A DNA stretch of 62,534 nucleotides, counting the filler, from Stramenopiles sp. TOSAG23-3 (lineage: Eukaryota): assembly GCA_900128585.1 (NCBI GenBank). It is 15 parts of 15 records of this genome, joined end to end, with 100 filler letters (N's around TTAATTAATTAA, not from the genome) between each part and the next. Parts side by side here need not be neighbours in the genome. Positions count along the whole stretch, not along the records: positions 8,379 to 12,466 come from LT643958.1; positions 12,567 to 16,653 come from LT643959.1; positions 16,754 to 20,840 come from LT643960.1; positions 20,941 to 25,027 come from LT643961.1; 11 more parts are not named here. One strand, 5' to 3'. This document shows, one piece after another, positions 11,301-22,159 of this stretch; position 1 is the first letter of the stretch, and each line of letters opens with the position of its first letter. The position numbers were made by a program, and so were the translations under genes. Below the pieces are notes generated by a model. It was given only the letters and a program-made list of their open reading frames with translations. It searched no databases and was not told the origin of the DNA.

Positions 11301-11612
11301 ACCATCTAGCGCCATGAACAGCAGTTTGCGGGGGCGCGCAGCGGCAAAAATTCGGTCCAGCTCCTTGAACACCGCAAGGTACATGTCGTGCTCCGTCGCG
11401 GGGGCTTCGCGGCCTTCCGGGTGGCAGCACGGGTGCACCAGCCCGTTCAGGTCTAGGTAGAGGCAGTCAAACTCCACCCCGTTCGGGTTCGGCTTCGTGC
11501 TGTCGACCGGAATCTCCATACCATCAACAAACGTGCTCTTCGACTCCAGAAACTTGTACAGAATGTTTGGGTACTTGGAGGTCAACCATCGGAAAAAGCG
11601 CGCGACACCCAT
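8379..11612 (-). CDS. XRN2: 5'-3' exoribonuclease 2 (XRN2/Rat1). Main ORF 8775-11612; the P/Q/Y/G-rich tail continues in the +1 frame to the contig end
   Basis: MGVARFFRWL, NPNGVEFDCLYLDLNGLVHPCCHP, ALDGVAPRAK, NVITPGT, PGEGEHKI, HGLDADLIMLALATHE, FVGNDFLPHLP, SWSWYYPYHYAP. After the C8 run (G8 at 8778-8785) and TAA, the +1 frame reads NAYPGAAYPGSYQQPQQHYPG. Confidence 0.93.
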
Positions 11613-12104
11613 GTTGTTCTTTCTGTTGGTGGTGCAATGCGTGTATACGGTGGTCGGCGGTACAGGCAGGAATCAAGAACAGATCTAAATGGTTTATAAT
11701 GTAATAATTGATTTCACTTAATGCATCAATTGGTATTATTTCCAATACTGATGTGTTTGATAGAACGAAGGACATTCCTCAAAATCAATATCATGCATAA
11801 TAACTTATTATAATATTATTATTCTTTTATTATTTTCTTCTTCCTTATTATAGTATTCGTAATTAATTCGTCCGTCCTCTTCTTTTTTTCTTCCTTCTCT
11901 CTATTTATATATTTAATAATAAATTCATTCCAACCACCACAAAATTATAAGAATCACATATCTTACTGTTATTCTCATACTATTTACCTACGTACAGTAC
12001 AGTAACAAGAACTAAAAAACAAAAATCTATTAGTTTTTACAAAAAGTTAACTGAAGTGAGGTGAAGAATGAAGGTGAGGAGGTGAACGAAGGTGAACGAA
12101 GGAG

Positions 12105-12466
12105 ATGAGGGATAGAGAAGAGAGAAGAAAGAAGAGAGAAGAGAGAAGAAAGAAGAGAGAAGAGAGAAGAGAGAAGAAAGAAGAAAGAAGAGAGAAGAGA
12201 GAAGAGAGAAGAGAGAAGAGAGAAGAGAGAAGAAAGAAGAAAGAAGAGAGAAGAGAGAAGAGAGAAGAGAGAAGAAAGAAGAAAGAAGAAAGAAGAAAGA
12301 AGAAAGAAGAAAGAAGAGAGAAGAGAGAAGAGAGAAGAGAGAAGAGAGAAGAGAGAAGAGAGAAGAGAGAAGAGAGAAGAGAGAAGAAGAAGAAGAAAGA
12401 AGAAGAGAGAAGAAGATGAAAAAGAAGAAGAAGAAGAAGAAAAAAGAAGAAGAAAGAAGAAGAAGA
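12105..12466 (+). repeat. Polypurine GAAGA/GAAA microsatellite upstream of XRN2
   Basis: Almost pure A/G tract of about 360 bp; the E/R/K ORF here is spurious. Confidence 0.95.
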
Positions 12467-12566
12467 NNNNNNNNNNNNNNNNNNNNNNNNNNNNNNNNNN
12501 NNNNNNNNNNTTAATTAATTAANNNNNNNNNNNNNNNNNNNNNNNNNNNNNNNNNNNNNNNNNNNN

Positions 12567-15500
12567 GGTAATAACTTCGCAATATAATGTCCACTGTGCG
12601 GATATCTTTATCGTCCGTCACACGCCCCCCGTAGTTGATTAGAGAGGTGAGCATATTCAGGACCCCAAACGGGATTTCTTCGTACATGTCCAAGTACATC
12701 TTCAGCTGGCTGTCGCTAATTGCTGAGTCCGTTTCATTAAATGCATAGGGAATGTTCCACCCCAAAGCGCCATACTTTTTTCGTTCGATTACAACAGCAT
12801 GGAAAAATGCTAGGCCAAAGAAGAGCCGTTTGTACTTCTTTGGCTTTCCAGTACTGTTTAACTTTTCGTCGTCCATCTTATAGTACGTATTCTTCAACGA
12901 AGCCCGTAAACCTTTGGGAGGCTCGTTGGTCATTTTCACCCCACTCTGCAAAATGCTGACTGGAAACGCTTTTGAAGGCATACTACTTAGCCACAAGCGA
13001 AAGTCTTTGTGGATTTTGTCCGGGTCAAATTGCTCGACTATTGCCTCCAAGCTGGGCATCCAACTGACGCAAAGATGGCAGTTTTGAAGCAAAACCCATT
13101 CCCCGCGTTCAGTTGCAATTTCGATAAGTTTGCGGGCTTTCGGTCCTTGCCCCTGTCCTAAACTAATAGCATGTAATTTTTTGCGCATGCCTTTTTCGGA
13201 AGCAAAGTTCAGAAAATCTTGCATCGGATCAACGCCTATGGAAAGTACGAAAATCATTGGGACCACAACGCTTGATGCTTTGAATGATAACGGCAAATCA
13301 AATGGCGGTGGTTCAATAAACCGTTGGCCTAAACCTTCGCAAATGTAGTTTTGGACGGCCTCCACAAACTTATCAGGGCGCAAGCATCGGAGAACACACA
13401 TTTTTTGGAATGAATTCAGTTTGTCGTGGAATCCGCCTGGTATCTTTGCCACATGGGTGTTGTCGTCTTCAAAATACTGATGCCAATCACTTAATTGAGA
13501 TGAAAATGTGGGTGCAATTCCTTTGAATATGTCAATAGAATCCAGTGCACAGATTTCTGACCAAACTCGCTTGATGATCCAATCAGGGGCGGGGTTCTCA
13601 CTACGGAAGTCTCCTGTAAACGCACCTAAATACGCAATTGTACCGGCAGAGACAATGACATCACCGACTACGTTTTCAATCGAGTGTGAAAGGTTCTTTA
13701 CTGCCTCGCTCCACCGCACTTCTTCCCCTCCTAAGCCAGAAATAAGCTTCATTGCACTGTCCAACCTTACTTTGCACTGGGTTACCTGGTTAGCCAACTC
13801 CTCTTTTTTTGCAACAGCTTTGTTAAAGTTAGTTTCTAACTCTTTTAGTCGGGCCATAACCGCCGATAATTGCGATTGGGCCTTTTCCAATATTTTCATT
13901 GTCTCGTCTAAATCAGTTTTCGCTTCGGCGAGTGCCTTCCGTTTCGGCTCAACATCACGCGCTACAAAATGGTATTTATGCATCGCTCGCACCCACATAC
14001 AAATAGCTTCGCACGCCACCGACGCCTTTCTTACAGCAGGCGGCAGAAAGGCTGGATTGGTAATGTACGGCCCGACCAATTCAATTACCTTATCAGGAAT
14101 ATTATCTTTGTCGAAGTCTTTCATGTCCTTCAATAACTGTTTTGCATCTTTAAAGATAACGTTTTTTGCTACCTCCCAGTAATCGTTTATCTTCGGTCCC
14201 ATAGCGTTATCGGGGTCCTTGATTTTCTTTGGTTTTTGTTGAAACATGATACATACCGCTTCTGCTGTAATCTTCACTCCATTCGGTGGTTTTTGTAAAG
14301 CGCGCACTTCTTGAATGTCTTTTTTCTGCAGTTTGTCAAGGCATTTCACCGCAGCGGCCAATGCTGGTAAGGCTTCGTCAAGATCACGCTGCGCATCTTC
14401 TGCGATTTCTTTCGTTTTCGCAGCTTTCGCATTTGCATTTTCTTCTTCTTTTTCAACCTCGCTCTTTGTAATGGCAGCCTCCGCTTTATCCTTGGTAATT
14501 TGCACCATCATTTCGTCAACCTCCGCTTGGGTTTTTACCAATACTGGTTGAAGCGCCGTGAGCTCTTCTTGCATGGTGTTCACTTGCTTTTTTGTACTTG
14601 CAAGCTTGTCGCATCCATTTTGATATCGGCTCCGCTGCTGAGACAGTTTCAATTGGGATTTTGCTAAGGTGTCTTGAAATGTTGACAGCAATTCCAAGTA
14701 CGACGTTGGGGTAACATAATTGTAACGCTGGAGGCTAGAAAGGAAAATCGCGGTCTTTTTCTCCACAGTCTGGTGAATTTCACGAAATAACTCCACGCAT
14801 TTTCCCATGTCATCACCAACAATTTCGCCAAGTTTGGGGTGTTGCTCCGGGTCCAAAAGCTGCTGTGCAACGCTTCGCAATGCATCCTCTGGCCAAGGAT
14901 GAAACCAGTCAATTGTGCAGCAATTTACCAACGATGGAAACATTCGCAAACGGTTCCTGAAATCGTCCCCCAGTGGACTCATACAGATAACCATGTGAAG
15001 ATTATGACGAACTCGCAATATATACTGGTTAAAAATATTGTTTTTTGTTGGTGGGATACGTTTCTTTTGGCATTCGATTCTGCATGTACTCATAATTCGG
15101 TCCTCTTCATCACCGGCATACAAATTGGGCAAATCCCCTGTGTTTAAAATGTTGTTTATATCTTCCACCTGTTGCTCGTCTACTATCTGTGTGTCTGTAA
15201 ACAAAAAAGTCAACGGCTTGTTCTCCAGCCCAGCTTTCAGCAAGGCCTCTTTCACATCTTCACGCCACTCTACCATGCCGTACCCTTTTGCAACTTCGAT
15301 CTGCTTAATTCGATATTGGGATAAATGGGTTGCCAGGCGCGTCAGAGATTGGCGCCCGCTTCCACCGACACCAAGGCATAGCGCATTTCCTTGGGGCTGC
15401 CTTAAGACACGGGCGAGTCGGCTTACGTGTTCCACAGCATCTAAAAACAAAACCAAGTTCATTGGGGTCTTGCTCTCGTCGTTATACTCCTGCAACGCTT

Positions 15501-16653
15501 CGACCATGCTTGCCACGACTTCATCGTGAACGGCAAGGTACGCATACTTGCGCGGTTCTGTCTGAGACATGTAGTCGCCGTAAAATATACGTTTGGCATC
15601 ACCGGTAACAGAGCTCCAATCGCTATTGAATGTATCTTTGACGCGTTCATGCAACAGTCCTTCAAACCAGTCAATGTCTTTTCCACTGGTCAAGCGATCT
15701 TCAAAAACCCGCCTCATTTCGTGTATCCATAGTCGAATTCCGGAATTGGCATCTTTAGTGTCAGCTGGGTACGTCATCATCCACCCTTGAAAAACTTTAC
15801 TAAAGTCTCGCAAATTAAAGGTGTAGTGGGGATTCGCGGGTGTTGGCAACAAGTCGCGAAGAATGATACTGTAAATTTCAAGTGTTGCCTTTACGAACGG
15901 TTTTTCTAACCCTGAGACTACGCCGCTTTCAAAGCCATTGTCTAAGAATCCGCAGTAAATAGTGCTGTATATTGTACTCTTGCTCCTATCGTCCATTTCA
16001 GTGTATCCAATTATATTGAACCACCGCTTGACACGCTCAGAAATCACGTTTTTGCCCCCGCCTGGGGTGCCCATGGATGTAATAAACGTACGGTCAACAA
16101 TACTGCGGAATGCCAACGTCTTACGGTCATACCAGCCACCCTGAGCCAGTGCCTGGCGAATTAGTTCCAGCGGTGGCTGAGCCCCATACTCTTCCTTCTG
16201 TGGCATATTGAAGTCGTCGATGTATATGATAAAGTGTTTTCCTAACGGAGGACCATAAATACCCTTACGGCGCTTTTCCATTTTCGCATCCATGATGTCT
16301 TGTGTTTGGTTAGCACTAGTCCTTGCACTGAAAGACAGAGTAAGCGGCATGTATGTATCACTCATTTCACGCAACAGATAGTCCATTATATTAACAGTTT
16401 TCCCAGTGCCTGTTGGGCCGACCATGATTGTATGCTTGCCATTTGTCAACAGCAAACGAAGCATGAACTTGTTCCGTACACTATCGTTGGTAGGCACAAC
16501 AAGCTCGCTGAAGTTGGCTTTGGGGTTATACTTAAACTGTTGCTCTTCAGATAATGTTTTCATCCACTCCACCCAGCGCCCCTTATCAATGTCATATGTG
16601 TAGTCATACACCACACCCGATTTGGGGAAAGGGATTATGCAATTGTTTGCGTG
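12567..16653 (-). CDS. Axonemal dynein heavy chain fragment (inner-arm-like; AAA3, AAA4, stalk/MTBD, AAA6), truncated at both ends, with AAA5 apparently absent
   Basis: GPTGTGKT, FSARTSANQTQD, EEYGAQPPLELIRQ, HYTFNLRD, LGVGGSGRQSLT, NRLRMFPSLVNCCTIDWF, YVTPTSYLEL, ISLGQGQG, WVLLQNCHL, TNEPPKGL, GWNIPYAFN, NYGGRVTDD. Confidence 0.95.
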
Positions 16654-16754
16654 NNNNNNNNNNNNNNNNNNNNNNNNNNNNNNNNNNNNNNNNNNNNTTA
16701 ATTAATTAANNNNNNNNNNNNNNNNNNNNNNNNNNNNNNNNNNNNNNNNNNNNG

Positions 16755-19700
16755 GCGGGCAGAGAGTGGGCAGTGTCTTCTAAGGATATAAAACGTGTAG
16801 ACAGAAAAAAACGCGAACACGTGCAAAATAAGATTTTTAAAAGCAAAACATTAGATGTTGAAACCAGCGATACTGCAGCGAATGGCAAGTACAATGCCGA
16901 CGCCATGCAACAACCGAGTCTAGGTTCTCATACAGGAAAATACGTAAATGAGTCGATGGACTACAGTAAAAATATAAGGGAGCCAGAACGTTTAAATGAC
17001 AGTGCTATAAAGTCAAAACAAAGGCACCAATTGAAGCTGTGTATAGCACACTTTAACCCTTACCATTATTCTTTTTCTTTCAATGTCGAAGACGTGGACT
17101 TCCTGATCCCGTCTTCCGCCAGCGTTGCCAACAAGAAGCAAAGACGAAAAAACCCAGGCCAATCCCCCGATGGCCGCGCTCGCAGACCTCGTAATAGGAC
17201 TTGGAGCAGGCCTCAGCGAGACAAGAGAGCACCACCCAGTGAACGAAGTGGTAGCACTGCTGGAAGTCATCAATATCCGTATTTGTCCGGTGAAAAACTG
17301 GTAGAGCAAAATGGTAGCACTTTTCTAACAGTACAGTTCCCTGAATTCCAAGCGCAAATACACAGCCGAGCGGAGCAATATGGTTCTCAGTATACAAACC
17401 TTATCGCTACCGTTGACCGGCCGATCACATTATACACTGTCAACGGCATAAAGGCAAGAAATATTTTGGATAAACTGAGTTCAATAAGTTTAAAAACATC
17501 AAAATCCGAAACATGGAGAAGGTACATCAATGTGAAAAATGTAGACCACCGGGCGAAGCACAAGAAGAAAAAAGAGAAATCGGAATTGTTGAAAAAAAGG
17601 AGTAGTGGCGATTTCAGTAGTTCGGAAGAGTTTATATCTGCTCACAAGGAAGTAAAACAATCGGTTGCAGGGATGATAGCGGTCCATCCAGGTTTAAAAC
17701 AGGGAGTCAGGCATTTACTTTCTATTGACCATTTTCATTTAAACAAACACTCACTATACGGTACTCATTCGGGAAACAGAGGCGAAATCCAAAGTTTACT
17801 GAAGTATAAGGACGATTGCCATGCTGAAGTTGGAAATGTAAATGCAGAATTTGATGTGGAAGACTTGCTGGTGTTATCACAGGCGGTGTCAAGCTTGAAT
17901 TATGGGTTAGGCGCGCAGTGCCGAAAAGGTTATGGGTGGTGTGGTCCTGTAGAAAGCGAAGTTGTCATACAGCTAAATAGCCTCCTGTTTGGGAAGAAAA
18001 GTGGGTACTTAGCAAGAGCTAATAACAAGAAAGAGAAATTTATTCTCAATTTGATGGACAAAATGGTGTTTTTAGAATTTATTCTCGGGGATCAAAAATT
18101 TACGAGTGAGCAGGCATATGTTTCTAACCTCGGGTGTATATGGGGAAGTGAAGTATCAACTAGTTCATTTTCCTTCCAGCAAAAAGCTGGCGAATCAAGT
18201 GGTGAACAGCCACCTGCAAGAAATGCTCGCGGAGACTCTTCTGCCTCTAAAAGTGATATTGCCAGCCGCAGCCGCTCTGTCATTCGGAATTCTGGGAAAG
18301 TGACTGATACTGGGAAAGAAGAAGCAGTCGACCAAGGACGTTATATGTATGGTACGGATGATTTTAACTCGGAGACTTTTCGAAGCAACTCACAACGAGA
18401 GTTATACGCACTAGCAGATCGTACATTTGTTTTTCAAATCCCCGAGGCTTTTGAGAACATGCCAGTTATATGTCGTATTTACTCTGTGGACAGTAACGGC
18501 TTTATTAAAAGGGAAGATAAAGGCAACGGTATCGCCATGGCAATACCCCTGAACGTCGAGCCCGGTAGAGATGAGAGGGAACTCTATTCCACTGTTCAAA
18601 ACACAAAATACGAGAAGAAGACCACCGCAACTGCCAGTTCCGTCTTTTCAGACGAAAGCGAAATATCATCCGAACGTGGTGCAAAATACCCCTCCGGGAC
18701 TGGAGGGGATGCAACATCTAGTGGTTCAAGAAAAAATAGTTCTACCAATTACCCTGTCCGATTAAAATCATTAGGGAAAGACAACAACATTATTTTGAGC
18801 TGTTCAGTGCAGAAGCGATCTATTGTCCCCCAGCGTTCTGTTGGTCCCCGGGGAGAAGCTACTGCAAGTACCTCTAATACTACTGGTGCAAGTCTACTTT
18901 CGGAGGCAGATGGTACACGTGTCGAACCAATGGATTTAAGATTGCAACATAAATTTATTTATCCGGTGCTCCCCATGCGACGGACGTTGTTGGACCAGCG
19001 GAATCACTTTTGGTGGGGTACTGCAGCTCCACTTAAGTCACATGAGCCACCTAGCATAGTGGCAGATGTACTTTTGAACAATTTACAGAAATACAGCAGG
19101 AACACTGCTGAGCAAAGCAGCAGAAAAGATACACATCGGAACATAGAACAGAATTTAGCACCACATTCTATATTGTTTGCGGAGGAAGAAGTGCTGTTTC
19201 TTCAGGACAAATTATGTCTAACAACGTTTACGTTGACTGCTAAGGCATGCAAAGTGAAGTTGGTGTGCGAAGCAGGGAATACACCAGGCTGTTCTACAGA
19301 TAAATCTCAGGTGCTAGCCAACGCGAGAGTACAACATATTTTACACTTGCAAATTCCTCGTGGCCTCAATCTATGCTATGATTCTAAGGTTACTGTGAAT
19401 GATCACGAACGATTAGTTCTTTCACCAGGCTCTTCTACAAAGAGCTCGTCAACAAAAGCTCCATTTATAGACCCGTTTGTTGCAGTCATTGAATACTATA
19501 AGACGATAGGCGATTCGTGTTATATGGAAAACGTTTTTTGGGAACAAAATCAAATATTCAATTTAGAGCATATTGAAAGGGGAGAAAGCTCTGGCACAAC
19601 AAATAAGAGAAATGGGGTAACCGAGGAATTATTCTTCATCCAACCAGCTCATGTCACTTTACTAGCAACAGTTAACATACCGGCGAAAGGGTTCCAACTA

Positions 19701-20840
19701 ACATCTAGTGTAAGGCATCCTAATCGCGGTATGAAAAATGAGATTGATCTGCAAAATGAATTCTTAAATTGTTATGATACTCATCGTAAACAGCAAATAT
19801 TAAAGACATTAGCGATAGATATTGGTGTTGGTTCTAGTGAAGACTGGGTGAAACAAAATTCTGGAACTTGGAAAAGAGTCCCCTACAGTACTCACTCTAT
19901 TAGGAATGCAGATAGTGTAATGGGACATGATTTTCGTCGAATCAATATTGCCGATGAGCAAGTAAATATTGACACGGGAATATACTCTACAACGGACACT
20001 TCAGGAATTGCTTCACAAGATCGTGATCGAAGTGCTAAACTTATTGCTTTTTCCAAGAATGGGGTGTGGCCAGCTGAGAAGCAAGGGCAAAACGAACCCG
20101 ATCGTCAGCAGGTGGAGGACTCAGATGATGAGATCAGAGAAAATAGAAACTCCTCTTGCAGTGTATCCGATGACTTCAGTGATGAATTTTCAAGCGACGA
20201 CGAGTCTTTTAAGCATGTTATCAATCTCGGGGAATTGCATAACTCTGCAGAATCTGGATCTAGCACTGGTCCGAGCGGACCTATTCAACGCAGGGGCACT
20301 GAAATAATACAAGAAGAATTAACCGACGTTTCCTATACCACGTATGCCAACACAACCCCTGTTATGGACCAAACACAAAGCGTAAACAATACACTAGCCT
20401 CAGGAGAGGTCACCTTGGATGCATATACCTCTTTTTCCGAGGAGGATAGCTTTGACAGCGCAAAAGAAATAGATGACTCGATGTTACTTGGGGCCGATGA
20501 ATCCAACATCCATGGGGATGGCAGCACTGTTAACACCACACATGTCCACGCAAACGACAGTTGGGCATTTTTCCACCCTTTGATAGACGATAAAACTGAA
20601 CTGGCTAGGAACTTCGATGCAACAGCGGCAAGTAAAGATCAGAGAAAGGCAACCGGAGAAGCTAATAATCCTGTCGGGCACAAAGCTATGATGTCATCGT
20701 GGCGTCGGGCATCCATGGTTCAGAAAGATGTCTCGTCCTCTGTTACCCAAGGTTTCAGAAAGAAACGTCTTTACGTGCCCAGAAAGAGAGCAAATCGACG
20801 GATACATCGGGAATCGAATCGAAGAATGTATCAAAAGTTG
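16755..20840 (+). CDS. Large hypothetical protein (>1360 aa), truncated at both ends
   Basis: One uninterrupted frame spanning the whole contig; Ser/acidic low-complexity segments; no recognisable family motif. Confidence 0.85.
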
Positions 20841-21403
20841 NNNNNNNNNNNNNNNNNNNNNNNNNNNNNNNNNNNNNNNNNNNNTTAATTAATTAANNNN
20901 NNNNNNNNNNNNNNNNNNNNNNNNNNNNNNNNNNNNNNNNTATTTCCTTATTTCCTTATTTTCATCTATTTCGTTATTTTGATCTTTGGTCCCTGGTGGA
21001 CTAGTGTCAGCAGGGAATTATATTATTATTGTGAAAAAAGAACAACAATAAATAGTCGTCTAATAATAAATCTATTTTTGTTATCATACCTCATCGGATC
21101 CGCCACCGCCACCACTAACCGTATAACACGCCGCGACGACGGCCACCGACCGTTTGAGACCGTCCTATACCGCACACCCGCCTGACCGGTGAAATTATCT
21201 AAAGAAAACAAGGAAAGTATTGCCGCACACTACTAAAGTCCTGCCGATTTACAACTTTAAACATAACTAGTATCCAGCAACAAAATAGTTTGGCAGGTTT
21301 CCAAACACAAACTTTTACTGCTGAATTGTACAACACACCTGCATGAGTTCTTTGTCACGGAGCTGCTACATACAAAAAATATTGTTTGTTCGTTGTGTTG
21401 AAC

Positions 21404-21748
21404 ATGGCTACGTTTGACCCGTCCAAGGTGACTATTCACAATGAAAGTTATGGTGAAAACGATGAAGGGGATTACGACTCGTACACTATTCATATTTTGA
21501 AACATGGTGGGGAACAGTTTTTAGAAGTACGTAGCTTTGCGGGGTCAAACCGTGGTGGTGCGTGGGGTGAAGAACACACGATATTGAAAATGGACGGGCA
21601 AGAGATGCACGTACAGAAGTTTACGGTTGGTGGCACAGTGGGGACTGGGGGGCGAGAAACGGACGTTAACGGTAGCCCTGTGGTGTACGACTTGAAGAAA
21701 GAGTGGGAGCAGTACGTGCTGAAAAAGGAAGAAACTGGGAGCAAATGA
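21404..21748 (+). CDS. Small hypothetical protein (114 aa)
   Basis: ATG at 21404, coding-like composition, globular-looking sequence (MATFDPSKVTIHNESYG...YDLKKEWEQY). Confidence 0.6.
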   Translation: MATFDPSKVTIHNESYGENDEGDYDSYTIHILKHGGEQFLEVRSFAGSNRGGAWGEEHTILKMDGQEMHVQKFTVGGTVGTGGRETDVNGSPVVYDLKKEWEQYVLKKEETGSK

Positions 21749-21774
21749 GGAATATTGTGCATGTTGGTGCGGTG

Positions 21775-21957
21775 GAACATTAGGATTACATGGTAGAGCG
21801 TGAGGAGAATCGATACTGCCACAAACAAACCGTACGCCAGGCCAATGTTCGCGTCGGTCATCTGGTGGCGGGGCAAACTGAAATCGCCAAACATGGCCAG
21901 AAATATAGTCTCAAAGCTGGACGAGAGATATCGGTATTCGATGATCTCGTTTCCAAA
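21775..21957 (-). pseudogene. Fragment of a polycystin-2/TRP-like channel (S5-pore-S6 region)
   Basis: Translates FGNEIIEYRYLSSSFETIFLAMFGDFSLPRHQMTDANIGLAYGLFVAVSILLTLYHVILMF, matching the PKD2 pore pattern (FG....F..F..S..T.F...GDF). It abuts an internal N gap, and another gene's stop lies at 22160. Confidence 0.55.
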
Positions 21958-22086
21958 ANNNNNNNNNNNNNNNNNNNNNNNNNNNNNNNNNNNNNNNNNN
22001 NNNNNNNNNNNNNNNNNNNNNNNNNNNNNNNNNNNNNNNNNNNATATGCAGATGTGCTTTCATGGACACACAATAAGGGTGAATAA

Positions 22087-22158
22087 TACTTAAACAACGC
22101 ACAGCCAATTTTTTGTTTTTAAATACTTTAAAAGTAACAGCCATTATTTTGTTTTTAG
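22087..22158 (-). repeat. Two degenerate tandem reverse copies of the TTGGCTG element core
   Basis: tacttaaacaacgcacagccaattttttgtttttaaa and tactttaaaagtaacagccattattttgtttttag, versus the consensus reverse complement tacttaaataacagccaattttcttgtttttaaa. Confidence 0.7.
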
Positions 22159-22159
22159 T

